The notes: generated from the sequence alone by a model not told the origin. A stretch of 64,000 nucleotides of DNA from Acidobacteria bacterium UBA2990 (GCA_002347025.1 DEAE01000001.1:70623-134622); one strand, 5' to 3'. Counted from the stretch's first letter, positions 28,311 to 39,823 are shown. Made by a program: numbers and translations.

Positions 28311-29609
28311 TCATGGGGTGCGATGTAGCTGTCCCGAAAGGTAACCCAGGTTAATTAGGGCAAGGTTCACAAGTCGTTCACCGGCTCCGACCTCCACAAT
28401 GGTTGAGCTGTTGGCGCCATAACCGCCTTCGGCTGCAGCTTTGATTGTGGGGAAGTAACCCAAGTGCCCGTTCGAGTAGCCGACGAAAAGTGTGTGGGCC
28501 ACGACGCTTTCCTGTTTCAGCCGTAGTCCGTGCTCAACGAAAAATTCACCAGGGAATGCCGCAAGGGCTAAGTCAGTGCCAATCATCAGAATTTTGACCT
28601 CTGCTTTGTTCTCCCGTTCGAACCGATCAACATAGTCTTGCCTGACGTTTGCTCGGACTTCGGGATCATCGAGATTCCACCGTGGACTGATGTGAACTTT
28701 GTCAACACCGAGTGCGATCGACTGGACCTCGCTAAGCTCTGTCAAACGACGAACTCGGACGACTTCGCGACCGATGGTCTCGCCCATCCGCTGCATTTGA
28801 TCGTAGGCTCCTTCGTCGAGGGGGGTCTTGTCCCAGAAGGGGTTGATGTCTCCCGCAGCGCCCTGGAGAAACATAACTTGGCCGCCGCCGTTTTCCTCGA
28901 CTATTTCCATCATGGCGCCTGGGAAGTCAGCCGAATAATTGAGGTTGTCTGGACCGAGGACTACTGGATGGATCGCTAGGTTGACTAATGTTGCTATTGG
29001 AGATCCTGCTGGGGTGTCGAACGCGACTACAGCAACAGATTTATCGACTGGTTCAGTTGGCACTCCGTCGCGGTTTTCCCAGAACATCTCAACTGAACCG
29101 TCGACCCGAATGAGGCGCCGATTGTGACCCAGGTTCACGTGGCCCCAGCCTACCCCGACCTGCGCTGGTTGCAGGGCATTGTGGGCCTGGGCGATGGCGT
29201 CTACTATCTTGCGTTGAAGTTGCTCAACCCATGGGTCAGAGGCACTTGGAAAATCATCCACAAAGCTCGGTCCTGAATGTGTATGCGACGCAGACAGAAA
29301 AACATTATCGAATCCAAGTTTAGTGGCGACCGCGGCTCTAACACCCTGGGTCAGCTGGGTGTCGGCATAGCCTAGGTCCATGGTGACCCACGCCGCTGTC
29401 TCATCGCGGTCGCTCAGCGCGACCGCTTTGGCGAAGAGAGGATCGTGCACGCCACGAGAGATGTTTGTTCCGCGGGCTCCGTAGCCGTACATGCGTACAC
29501 CAGCCGGCGGGGTGATCTCGGTCTTGCCGACACCGACCTTGAGGTCGGCAGCAACTGGTGTCGTTGCCAAGACGATGGCCGCTCCAGCGAGGCTGAAGAT
29601 TCGTTGCAT
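28311..29609 (-). CDS. Neutral/alkaline ceramidase-fold protein, exported
   Basis: EITPP...MYGYG.R, HDPLFAKA, ASHTHSGP, SADFPG, QGAAGDINP, PGEFF, GYSNG..GYFPT. Confidence 0.85.
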   Translation of the reverse strand: MQRIFSLAGAAIVLATTPVAADLKVGVGKTEITPPAGVRMYGYGARGTNISRGVHDPLFAKAVALSDRDETAAWVTMDLGYADTQLTQGVRAAVATKLGFDNVFLSASHTHSGPSFVDDFPSASDPWVEQLQRKIVDAIAQAHNALQPAQVGVGWGHVNLGHNRRLIRVDGSVEMFWENRDGVPTEPVDKSVAVVAFDTPAGSPIATLVNLAIHPVVLGPDNLNYSADFPGAMMEIVEENGGGQVMFLQGAAGDINPFWDKTPLDEGAYDQMQRMGETIGREVVRVRRLTELSEVQSIALGVDKVHISPRWNLDDPEVRANVRQDYVDRFERENKAEVKILMIGTDLALAAFPGEFFVEHGLRLKQESVVAHTLFVGYSNGHLGYFPTIKAAAEGGYGANSSTIVEVGAGERLVNLALINLGYLSGQLHRTP

Positions 29610-30862
29610 TAGTTCTCTCCTCGTCTCATCCAGGCCCCGCGTGCTACCGCTGGCACAAATCTGTCGAGTCCGTCTGGAGGCAGCGCTAGCGTTTGACCCT
29701 GTTCAGCACTCATGTAAGCGGCCATCAGTAGCTCAACGACCTCTACACCATCGTCAAACGTTACGTCGGGTGGTTCTCCTGCGAGGAAGGCTCGAACCAT
29801 GTGGCGATTTTCTGCGGTGTAGCCGTATTCGGTGGCTTCATCGACAACTACCGGCATGAGCCCGACATCGGCATTTTGTTTCTCGACAAGGTCTTCACCG
29901 GCTTGGCCTTGCACCGCGCGGCTGAAAAATAACCGTAGACCGCTATCGAGCGAGTTGAGAGACATGGAGTACTCCGGCCCGAGCAATTCCATGCTCAGCC
30001 GAAGACCGGCGCCGACGTAGTTCCACGAGGTGGTAGCTTCCCCCAGAAGCAAGCTACCGTCGTCAGCTTCGTACTCGATCGTTACGCTGGCAAAGTCTTC
30101 GGAAGGCTTAGATTGGTAATTTACTTGATCGCCCATAAGACGGCGCAACTCACTGCTGTAGGTTGGGCGTGTCCATTTCAGTGATGCGATGTGTCCGGTG
30201 ATGCGGATAGGACGGATCGACGAACGGGATGAGCCTGGTGCAGTTAGCAAATGGCGAACGACTTCGATCGAGTGGCACATCATGTCGCTGAGGACCCCGC
30301 CGCCCTGCAGATCACCTCGCCAGAACCATGGCATATGAGGGCCGCTGTGCTCCTCGGCAGCACGTGCAAGATAGGGACGGCCGGTCAGTGCTGCGCCTCG
30401 CTGCCAGAGAAGATCGCGGCCTCGGTTTACAGCTGGAGCGAATAGCTGATTCTCGAGATAACCATGATGAAGACCGACCCTGGACACCAATTTCTTGAGT
30501 GTTTTGGCCTCTGCGACGGTTCTTGCCAATGGTTTCTCACAGGCTAGGCCCTTCAGCGTCTGTGGGGTGTTTTCTATCGCAGCACATACCGCTTGGATAT
30601 TTGCTTCGCGCGTGTGGTTGGGTCCGCACACCCAGATAGCATCGATGGAGGGATCACGCACCATCGATTCGATCGAGGAGAAGCGACGGGCCGGACCCAC
30701 ATCCAGTTCTCGCGCCAGCTGGGCGGCCGACTCTGCATGCTCGCTGTTTGGACTCCACACCCCGCAGACGTTGGCATCGCGTACTCCAACCATTGACCGG
30801 ATGTGGAACCGGGTAATGAATCCGCTACCGATGAACCCGATGCCTAGACGTGGGAAGGCCAT
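29609..30862 (-). CDS. Gfo/Idh/MocA family NAD(P)-dependent oxidoreductase
   Basis: GFIGSGFI Rossmann motif, CEKPLA, GGGVLSDMMCH. Confidence 0.92.
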   Translation of the reverse strand: MAFPRLGIGFIGSGFITRFHIRSMVGVRDANVCGVWSPNSEHAESAAQLARELDVGPARRFSSIESMVRDPSIDAIWVCGPNHTREANIQAVCAAIENTPQTLKGLACEKPLARTVAEAKTLKKLVSRVGLHHGYLENQLFAPAVNRGRDLLWQRGAALTGRPYLARAAEEHSGPHMPWFWRGDLQGGGVLSDMMCHSIEVVRHLLTAPGSSRSSIRPIRITGHIASLKWTRPTYSSELRRLMGDQVNYQSKPSEDFASVTIEYEADDGSLLLGEATTSWNYVGAGLRLSMELLGPEYSMSLNSLDSGLRLFFSRAVQGQAGEDLVEKQNADVGLMPVVVDEATEYGYTAENRHMVRAFLAGEPPDVTFDDGVEVVELLMAAYMSAEQGQTLALPPDGLDRFVPAVARGAWMRRGEN

Positions 30863-31187
30863 TCATGGAGATGGTAGATCACTGACCGGTCTCGTGCCAG
30901 CTTGAGCTTGCTCTGTGGTCGTGAGCGATCAAACCTGGGCGGCTCTGGAACGCTTGCTAAGGCAGGAGGAGTCACGTTCATCGACGAAGCTCGATCCACA
31001 GTGCAAGTGCCGATATCGCGGCGAGCAACGAGGCACAATCCAGCACTACTTGCCTGCCCCCGTGCGTCGTTCCTATGTTCCATGTTGTCGATTCCGGGAC
31101 CGGATCGTTGCGGTGTTAGTACACCACTCCGAGGTCTATCTCAGGAAAAGGAGTGACTTCTTTACGCAATGTAGACAGGATTAGAGG

Positions 31188-31613
31188 ATGAGTCAAATCT
31201 TGCTGCCACGCATGTTTCCGTTTCTCCGATACAAGGATGCTGCAGCCGCGTTTGAGTGGTTAGCTCTGGCGTTTGGCTTCGAGAAGCATATGGTCGTGCC
31301 TGGTCCAAAAGGAACCATTGCGCATGCTGAACTCCGCTATGGCAATAGTCTGGTTATGATCGGTACTTTGGAAGATGATGGCATGGGGTTGAAGAGTCCT
31401 GGTGAGGTGGGTGGGGTAACCCAAGGCATCTACGTTCATGTAGAGGATGTTAATGCTCACCATGACCGTGCGAAAGCGGCTGGAGCGGAAATCGCTATGG
31501 CACTTGAAGACACGCCCTACGGGTCACGAGAATATCTGGCTCGAGACCTCGAAGGGCATCTTTGGAGTTTTGGAAGCTATGGGCCGGTAGTGGATAGTGG
31601 CAAGAAGAATTGA
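31188..31613 (+). CDS. VOC/glyoxalase-bleomycin resistance family protein
   Basis: PFLRYKDA..A.EWL..AFGF, HAEL, DTPYGSREY.ARDLEGHLWSFG. Confidence 0.9.
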   Translation: MSQILLPRMFPFLRYKDAAAAFEWLALAFGFEKHMVVPGPKGTIAHAELRYGNSLVMIGTLEDDGMGLKSPGEVGGVTQGIYVHVEDVNAHHDRAKAAGAEIAMALEDTPYGSREYLARDLEGHLWSFGSYGPVVDSGKKN

Positions 31614-31650
31614 GTTAGATCCACTTGGCTGTTGACTCACGGGTAAGGCC

Positions 31651-32727
31651 CTACTTGCGGTGTTGCACCCGTAATTGAGAGTCGAGTTCAACTACGGTGC
31701 GTCCGAATCGCACATCCCCGATTGTGACGCGGTGCCCGTCCTCAAGTGATTCGACTTGGAACGTCGGGAAGCGTGTCCAAGTGGCGAGCCCCCAGGCGTC
31801 TGGACTGGCAAGTGCTGCTGTGGCAGCCGGATGATCATTTCCGATGTCGATGTGCCTACCCGTTGGACTGATTCGTTCCGCAGCCAACCAGTCGAACGTA
31901 AATCTGTGATAGTGCTGTTCGTCGGCTAGAAGCACTGTTCGGCGAAATGGGTCAGCTGGCGCTGGGATGACCATGATGTGGGTCGGCTTCAACCCTCGAG
32001 CTTGTGCCCATTCTGTAACCTGTTGTTCCACGAATTGGGAGCTAGTTATCATGGCGACGATATAGGACGTGGCTAAAACTAGGCAGCATGATGCCAGCCA
32101 TGGGACCGGAGGTGCTCCCCGTCTGCGAATCCGGATCCCTATGACCAGTGAGAGCCCAAGGCACCAGAGTGCTCGAAGGGGTAGTGGTACACCGGCTACT
32201 CCGGTGACCAAGTTCACAGCGATTACCCCGAGTGCAATCCAGCCGACGATGAGCGGTCGCGAATGGCTGTGTGCCATGAGGGCGACGGTGCCCAGTATGA
32301 GCCAGAGCCAGGGATCGACGATGAACAGAGTGTCACCATAGAACCACCGGCTTTCAAAAGGCATAAGCAGACGAACACCATAGGTATTGAGCCAGTCCAG
32401 CGCTGGATGGCTCAGTGTCGAGAGGTAGGCGAGACCGGCGAAGCGTCCGACCGGGATGGGTGTAGCTATTGGGTCCCGTTCGCATCGAATGCGATCGATC
32501 TGGAGCATGATCCATGTGAGAACGGCCGGCAAAATGGCCATGGCGAGTATTCCATGGGTCCAACCCCGACGAACACCTAGCGCAATGTCGCCTTCGAGAA
32601 AATAGGTTGCAGCGTCTATGTCCGGGAGGTTGGCGCCCATTAAACAGGTGGCAGTGGCTAGGGGGCCTCGAGCTACACGTGTTTGGGCCAGACTCGCACC
32701 GACGAGAGTGTGGGTTAAAGGGTCCAT
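31651..32727 (-). CDS. Membrane-bound metal-dependent hydrolase (YdjM family)
   Basis: MDPLTHTLVG, NLPDID, RGWTH, SHPALDWLNTYGVRLL.PF. Confidence 0.88.
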   Translation of the reverse strand: MDPLTHTLVGASLAQTRVARGPLATATCLMGANLPDIDAATYFLEGDIALGVRRGWTHGILAMAILPAVLTWIMLQIDRIRCERDPIATPIPVGRFAGLAYLSTLSHPALDWLNTYGVRLLMPFESRWFYGDTLFIVDPWLWLILGTVALMAHSHSRPLIVGWIALGVIAVNLVTGVAGVPLPLRALWCLGLSLVIGIRIRRRGAPPVPWLASCCLVLATSYIVAMITSSQFVEQQVTEWAQARGLKPTHIMVIPAPADPFRRTVLLADEQHYHRFTFDWLAAERISPTGRHIDIGNDHPAATAALASPDAWGLATWTRFPTFQVESLEDGHRVTIGDVRFGRTVVELDSQLRVQHRK

Positions 32728-32914
32728 ACTAGGTGGTTAAGGGGGCCTGGACTTGGAAATGCGGAGTACGCAGTCGCTTCAGGAGACCGGCCGCCACGAA
32801 GATTCCCGGTTGAGAATGTGGTGTGAATCATTACCGTATGAAGCATAGCGGAGTACGCCATCTTGGGACAGGCGGGTAACATTAGGGTTTCCGGTTGGAT
32901 GAAAGGAGCTTTTT

Positions 32915-33811
32915 TTGACACGGCCTAAGATTATGCAAGGTGCGTCGATCGCGTTCATTGGAGTTGGCGCGATGGGTGAGGCGATGATTGAGGGGCTCCT
33001 TCAGCATCAGCTCGTTGGTTCGAGCTCGATCATCGCAGCAGATCTAGAGCCGAACCGGCTTAGTTCGGTCAAGCAGCGGTTCAAGGTCGCCACGACTCGG
33101 AACAATCGGGTTGCTGCTCGCAAGGCCGATATTGTGGTGCTATCGGTCAAGCCTCAGGTGCTTTCGGCAGTATATTCCGACCTGAAGGGTCACATAAGGT
33201 CGTCTGCCATGATCGTGTCAATAGTGGCAGGGGCCACTAGTGGGTCTATTGCGGCTGGGTTGCGACATCAAGCGGTTGTCCGGGTTATGCCAAATACCCC
33301 AGCGCAGGTTGGGGAAGGGATGAGTGTCTGGACGGCTACTGAGGCCGTGTCTGACAGGCAGCGTGAATGGGTCGGGACTCTGCTCGCAGCTCTCGGGAAA
33401 CAGCTCTATGTTCGCGACGAAGGGTTACTCGATAAGGCTACTGCCGTCAGCGGGAGTGGACCCGCCTATGTGTTTATGCTGATAGAGGGGTTGATCGATG
33501 CTGCTGTGCACCTGGGGTGGTCTCGTTCTGAAGCAAGGGAGATGGTTATACAAACGGTGCGGGGCTCAGCAATCTTCGCTGAGCGGTCAGCATTACATCC
33601 AGCCGAGATGAGGAATCTCGTGACTTCACCGGCAGGGACCACCGCTGAAGCCATTTATCAGTTGGAGAAGGGTTCTTTCAGGACCGTACTGTCCAAGGCG
33701 GTTGTGGGTGCGTATCGGCGGAGTGTTGCTCTCGGTGAACGGGACACCAATTTGGTGGTTGCGTCGAAGAGGAAGCCGGTTCGTAAGAAGCGGACAAAAT
33801 CTAGTTCCTAG
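32915..33811 (+). CDS. proC: Pyrroline-5-carboxylate reductase
   Basis: FIGVGAMG, VKPQ, RVMPNTP, SGSGPAY, VTSPAGTT. Confidence 0.96.
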   Translation: MTRPKIMQGASIAFIGVGAMGEAMIEGLLQHQLVGSSSIIAADLEPNRLSSVKQRFKVATTRNNRVAARKADIVVLSVKPQVLSAVYSDLKGHIRSSAMIVSIVAGATSGSIAAGLRHQAVVRVMPNTPAQVGEGMSVWTATEAVSDRQREWVGTLLAALGKQLYVRDEGLLDKATAVSGSGPAYVFMLIEGLIDAAVHLGWSRSEAREMVIQTVRGSAIFAERSALHPAEMRNLVTSPAGTTAEAIYQLEKGSFRTVLSKAVVGAYRRSVALGERDTNLVVASKRKPVRKKRTKSSS

Positions 33812-33861
33812 CTGGTCCTGGGGTTCATGTGTTTTTGCTTGTCTCCAAGTGAGTTTAGTCA

Positions 33862-35121
33862 ATGTCTCATTCTTCTCTTTTTGACCTTGGTGCTCTCGTT
33901 GTAACACTAGCGGCGGTGGCCGGGTGGATTAATCATCGTTGGCTGCGACTGCCCCACACGATCGGGTTGGTTCTGATTGCGCTGGTTGTATCGTTGGTAG
34001 CCCTTTTCGTCGATGCTGTGATGCCTGGCTTAGGGCTCGAACGTACTGTTCGCGACACTCTGACGCGGATCGATTTTCATGAAACATTGATGACCGGCAT
34101 GTTGGGATTCTTGTTGTTTGCCGGAGCCCTTCATGTCGATCTAGATCAACTGGTCAGCAAGCGCTGGACTATCGGTAGTCTCGCTACCGGAGGCATCCTA
34201 TTGTCGACCGGATTGGTTGCGACGGGTGCATATGTTCTTGCTGAGATCTTAGGCCTACAAATTCCTTTCTCCTATTGCTTGGTGTTTGGTGCGCTAATCT
34301 CACCAACTGATCCGATCGCAGTCTTAGGGATTCTCAAGCAAACGCGGGTTCCAGCGTCCCTGAAAGCGAAAATTGCTGGGGAAAGTTTGTTCAACGACGG
34401 GGTTGGTGTAGTGCTGTTCACGGTACTTGTCGCTGTTGCGACTGGTAGTGGTCAGCCTGGCACTGAGTTGTCGTTAGCTGGGGTGGTGCAATTATTCCTC
34501 ACCGAGGTGGTGGGTGGTGTAGTGCTTGGACTTCTAGGTGGTTATGTTGCGTATCAGGCGATGCGGGTGATTGACGAACACAACCTAGAGGTTTTGATTT
34601 CTCTGGCGTTGGTGATGGGTAGCTACGCTCTGGCCCATGCGCTACACGTGTCTGGGCCGATCGCAATGGTGGTCGCTGGACTGTTTATCGGTAACCACGG
34701 AACCCGATTTGCCATGACTGAAAGTACTCGTGACCATGTGGAGAAGTTCTGGTCACTGCTTGACGAGATTCTCAACTCGCTGCTCTTTCTGGCGATCGGG
34801 TTCGAAGTGTTTGCTCTGGTCTTGACACCGGCGATGTTTTGGATCGCTGGTCTTGCTATCCCTCTCGTGCTCACCGCAAGATTCGTCAGTGTTAGCCTAC
34901 CAATCCGGATCTTGGGTCTGTGGCGGGATTTCACTCCTGGTGCGATTCCAGTACTGACTTGGGGAGGCCTCCGGGGTGGTATCTCGGTCGCGCTGGCTCT
35001 TTCGTTGCCGGCCTCGCCCGTAAGGGACCAGATTCTGGCCGCGACCTACGGCGTGGTAGTGTTCTCTATAGTTGTCCAAGGCCTAACCGTCGAGCGTGTC
35101 GTCAGGGCAACGGTTAAGTAG
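33862..35121 (+). CDS. CPA1 Na+/H+ antiporter (NhaP-type)
   Basis: ISPTDPIAV, GESLFNDG, WGGLRGGISVALAL. Confidence 0.92.
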   Translation: MSHSSLFDLGALVVTLAAVAGWINHRWLRLPHTIGLVLIALVVSLVALFVDAVMPGLGLERTVRDTLTRIDFHETLMTGMLGFLLFAGALHVDLDQLVSKRWTIGSLATGGILLSTGLVATGAYVLAEILGLQIPFSYCLVFGALISPTDPIAVLGILKQTRVPASLKAKIAGESLFNDGVGVVLFTVLVAVATGSGQPGTELSLAGVVQLFLTEVVGGVVLGLLGGYVAYQAMRVIDEHNLEVLISLALVMGSYALAHALHVSGPIAMVVAGLFIGNHGTRFAMTESTRDHVEKFWSLLDEILNSLLFLAIGFEVFALVLTPAMFWIAGLAIPLVLTARFVSVSLPIRILGLWRDFTPGAIPVLTWGGLRGGISVALALSLPASPVRDQILAATYGVVVFSIVVQGLTVERVVRATVK

Positions 35122-35222
35122 CTTGGAAGTTATGCTGAGCAAGTTCCTATGGACCTGCCCAGGGGTTTTGCCAAGTTCATGAGGCGTTGCGATCGCCTGT
35201 TGCGCATCGGCGCCGAATGTTT

Positions 35223-36014
35223 TTAGCTTCCAGGTTGCACGATCTCGATCCGCACGTCATCCGGACCTAGAACAAAGGAAATCTTCATTTCCTGCCCGAG
35301 GGGATTCGTGAACGGGCGTGGTTCCATTTGGAATTCAACCCCTTTGGCCTTGATCACCGCAGCAGCGGCCTCCAGATCAGGGAATCCCCATCCGAGGTGG
35401 TCGAGGGCACGTCCCTGAGTCGCCGCTAGGCTGCCTTCACGGAGCTGTGAAACCAGAAGCCAAACACCGCCGTAGCGTAGTCCGCTGATTCGCCCCTTCA
35501 GGCTGTCTCGCTCGCCGCCAAAGATGTTCTCATACCACCCTAGTGTCTCGTCTGGGTCTGGTGAACTGAGGTGAATGTGGTGTACACCCAGGTATTCGTG
35601 ATCTTCGACTACCTCGATACGCGTCCCCCACGGATCGCTGAGGAACGCGAGTTTGAATAATCCTTGTACGTCGCGAATAGGCTCGTCTGGATTTTCGATA
35701 TTCAGTCCAGCTGCTTGCCAACTCGCCATCTTGGCTTCGAGATCTTCGAACGAGAATCCGATGTGGTTGACTCCAGAGCCGATGGTGGGTCCTGTTGCTT
35801 CTCTTTCGAACCAGATAAATTGGGTGGTGCCAACCGCACAGGCCCCCTCTCGTCCAAAGTCCTCGCACCCCATATGTTCGATGTACCAGGCGGCTGCCTC
35901 CTTAGCATCAGGTGCGACGAGGTGAATGTGGTGATAGTCAGCTGCTATAGCTCCAGTTGCTGGACCAAATGTCGTCAGGGCGAAGGTAGCGGCCAGTGCT
36001 AGTCTTGAGTGCAT
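35223..36014 (-). CDS. Two-domain VOC family protein with a signal peptide
   Basis: Repeated HHIHL / HIGF(HLGW) / RIE motifs; AIA-A signal cleavage site. Confidence 0.85.
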   Translation of the reverse strand: MHSRLALAATFALTTFGPATGAIAADYHHIHLVAPDAKEAAAWYIEHMGCEDFGREGACAVGTTQFIWFEREATGPTIGSGVNHIGFSFEDLEAKMASWQAAGLNIENPDEPIRDVQGLFKLAFLSDPWGTRIEVVEDHEYLGVHHIHLSSPDPDETLGWYENIFGGERDSLKGRISGLRYGGVWLLVSQLREGSLAATQGRALDHLGWGFPDLEAAAAVIKAKGVEFQMEPRPFTNPLGQEMKISFVLGPDDVRIEIVQPGS

Positions 36015-36152
36015 GGTGGTTCCCTTTCATCATGGATATACGGAAGAGAGTCGTCAAAGAGATGGGAATATGCCGGTAGAGTCCTTTCGTCTTTTTTCCG
36101 CCATCCGACATTGCTAGACACGACCGTGCCTGGAAGGCGACGGGGTGCACTC

Positions 36153-36926
36153 CTATTCCGGAAACGACACGCTTGGCATTTGGGTCGGCTCGTACCCAGC
36201 TGGCGGTGCAAATGGGTCTTCAGAAAAGGAGACTCGCTCGAGTGACTGCAGCGTGATGTTGCTAGTCTCGCTCGGGTCCGTTACGGTCAACCGGACAGCG
36301 CCACCGCTTGGAAGGTTGGTTGCATCTCCCATCTGCCGAAACTGGATCAAACGTTGCGGTCCTGCTGTCACTCCACCAAGCATCGGTATTTGCATCACGT
36401 CTAGGGGCTCGGTCATTCTAGCCAATAGCTCGAAGAGCCCAATGTCTAAATCTGGGGCAATCCAGAGCGTGCCGGCCTGATTGGTTCCAAGGCCGGCGAT
36501 GTGAATTTCTGAGGCAGTCCACGAGCCAACTGTTTGAGTTCTTCCCGTTTCTTCGAAATTGAGGCTCTCGATGTCAAAATTTGGGCTAGGCTCCGCAGTA
36601 GTCGTCATCTGCTGCATCAGTTGCTGCATCATCTGGAACATTGGTTCGCCAAGTTCGATGTAACGCCGGTTGGCGTGTTGCAGCAGCAGAATCTTAGGGG
36701 GAGGACCTTGCATCCAGATAATGGACAGCGGTTGGGACTGTGTGATGTCGACCCGGACTCCCCTGGCGTTCGCCCGGTAGTCCATCGACATGGAGGGTTG
36801 GCCTCCGGTTTCGACTAGGATGCTTGCTTGGACATCTTGAGCCGAGGCGAACTCCGCTGACAGCGAGAAACCCGCCAGCAGCGCGACCAGAAATGTGCTT
36901 CCCCATGAGTTCCACAGGGTGCTCAT
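36153..36926 (-). CDS. Exported protein, DUF4412-like
   Basis: Signal peptide ending ASA-Q; ETGRTQTVG.W and C-terminal F.PPAGY pattern. Confidence 0.6.
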   Translation of the reverse strand: MSTLWNSWGSTFLVALLAGFSLSAEFASAQDVQASILVETGGQPSMSMDYRANARGVRVDITQSQPLSIIWMQGPPPKILLLQHANRRYIELGEPMFQMMQQLMQQMTTTAEPSPNFDIESLNFEETGRTQTVGSWTASEIHIAGLGTNQAGTLWIAPDLDIGLFELLARMTEPLDVMQIPMLGGVTAGPQRLIQFRQMGDATNLPSGGAVRLTVTDPSETSNITLQSLERVSFSEDPFAPPAGYEPTQMPSVSFPE

Positions 36927-37025
36927 GACATCATGACTCCTCACTTCTCGAAGGGCGCTCCGGTAAATAACGAACGCCCTTTTGCCTGGCGGGTGATGAT
37001 TCGAAGGTCATCGTGCATTGGCACG

Positions 37026-37118
37026 TCACTTTTTCTTACCAACGAGCACGAATACCATCAGGATGTGTAGGGCGAATGCACCGACGCCGGTAATCAGAAA
37101 TAACAAAATAGGGTTCAT
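37026..37118 (-). CDS. Candidate 30-aa single-TM membrane peptide
   Basis: MNPILLFLITGVGAFALHILMVFVLVGKKK; GGAGG 8 nt upstream and a TAGAAT -10-like box at 37156-37161. Confidence 0.55.
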   Translation of the reverse strand: MNPILLFLITGVGAFALHILMVFVLVGKKK

Positions 37119-37165
37119 CTACAATGCCTCCGACATTACTGGTTCACAGGCTACCATTCTACCTT

Positions 37166-38332
<1,167 letters not shown>

Positions 38333-38407
38333 TTAAGGTTTGGACACAGACTGGTTGAGTTCGATACTGGGGACACATCGTTGACATAGCGCAGAAAGAG
38401 GTCGGAA

Positions 38408-39823
38408 ATGAATTCACACATGAGCACGACGCCTCTTGCTCTGACCGCCTGGCTTATAGCAGTCCCGGTCTTCTCTCAGGTTCCTAACGATCCGTTTCCA
38501 GACCCGATTGAGGCGACGGAGAGCGTGATCCGGGTAGGCTACACCGAGTTTGCCATGCTCCCGGACGTCGGTGGTGAGAGCGCCCGCCCGATGCGCCTCG
38601 TGGATGAGCCGGTCTCGGAACGTCTGTTCGTCAACGACATGCAGGGTCCCATCTACACCATCAGCTACGAAGGAGCGGTTAGGCTTTACCTGGATATCAA
38701 CGACTCTGTTTGGGGTCTACCGGTTGAATCCACGGGGCGGGAGCGCGGCGTTCAGAGCTTTGCTTTGCACCCACAGTTCGGTGTGATGGGAGCGGCCGGC
38801 TACGGAAAGCTATATGCATGGCTAGATACCAGGGACAGGGAGCCTGAGCCCGATTTTGTGTCCGGCGGCGGACGGGACCCGCACGACACCGTGCTTGTCG
38901 AGTTCACTGCCAGTCGGAGCGGGACAGAGACCTATGACGGCGGGCCGCCGCGGGTGCTTTTTAGGGTTGAGCAGCCATTTCGCAACCACAACGGTGGCTA
39001 CATCGCGTTTAATCCCCTTGCGGTCCCCGGTGATCCCGACTTCGGGCAGCTCTACGTGGGAGTTGCGGATGGTGGGAGCGGTGGTGACCCGATGGATCTC
39101 GCCCAAAACCTTGGCGTGGTGTTTGGCAAGATCCTCCGGATCGATCCGCTCGGTTCTAACAGCCAGAACGGCCGCTACGGCATTCCTGTGCACAACCCGT
39201 ATGTCTCCGATGGGGATGATCATACGTTGGGAGAGGTCTTCGCCTCTGGCCTCCGCAACCCCCAGGGTCTGGCGTGGGATCCAGCGAATGGCAACATGTT
39301 CGTGACGGATATTGGGCAGAACATCATCGAAGAGATCAACCTCGTGACCGCCGGAGCCGACCTCGGGTGGAACACGTGGGAAGGTAGCTACCGTTTTATC
39401 AGTCGCCAGGCGGTCGCTCTCAGCGACCCGCGAAGCCAGCCTGGTGTCACCTTCCCCATCGCCGAATATGGTCAACTTGATCCGCTGCTGCAGTCCCGGT
39501 CGGCGGCTGGGGGCGTCATCGTGTATCGGGAAGACAAGATACCGCAACTCCAGGGTCGAGTGCTCTTTTCAGATTTCCCTCAGGGCGAGATCTTCCATCT
39601 GTCCGCGGATGACCTGCCAGAGGGTGGTCAGGATGGGCTCCGCCGGGTGCTCCTAAGGGACGGTGACCAAGTCAAGCGGCTCCTTCAACTTGTTGCCGAG
39701 ACGACGGTCTTGCAGGGCCTGGAGCCGGCGGTTCGTGTCGACCTACGCTTCGGCACCGGACCTGACGGCCGGGTGTTCTTGATGAACAAGCAAGATGGGA
39801 TCATCAGGGAGGTCGTGCCGTAG
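38408..39823 (+). CDS. Soluble PQQ-dependent sugar (glucose/sorbosone) dehydrogenase family protein
   Basis: QPFRNHNGG, DGGSGGDP, GKILRIDP, GLRNP, DIGQN..EEIN; signal peptide. Confidence 0.9.
   Translation: MNSHMSTTPLALTAWLIAVPVFSQVPNDPFPDPIEATESVIRVGYTEFAMLPDVGGESARPMRLVDEPVSERLFVNDMQGPIYTISYEGAVRLYLDINDSVWGLPVESTGRERGVQSFALHPQFGVMGAAGYGKLYAWLDTRDREPEPDFVSGGGRDPHDTVLVEFTASRSGTETYDGGPPRVLFRVEQPFRNHNGGYIAFNPLAVPGDPDFGQLYVGVADGGSGGDPMDLAQNLGVVFGKILRIDPLGSNSQNGRYGIPVHNPYVSDGDDHTLGEVFASGLRNPQGLAWDPANGNMFVTDIGQNIIEEINLVTAGADLGWNTWEGSYRFISRQAVALSDPRSQPGVTFPIAEYGQLDPLLQSRSAAGGVIVYREDKIPQLQGRVLFSDFPQGEIFHLSADDLPEGGQDGLRRVLLRDGDQVKRLLQLVAETTVLQGLEPAVRVDLRFGTGPDGRVFLMNKQDGIIREVVP

Noticed and set aside
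30915-31184. 89-aa ORF whose start (SDQTWAALERLL) faintly recalls IS5-family transposase N-termini
   Set aside because: No further transposase motifs, terminal inverted repeats or target duplication seen.
38822-39547. Long antisense ORFs (also 37284-37904 and 18919-19512)
   Set aside because: Shadow frames of well-supported genes on the opposite strand, with no recognisable motifs.
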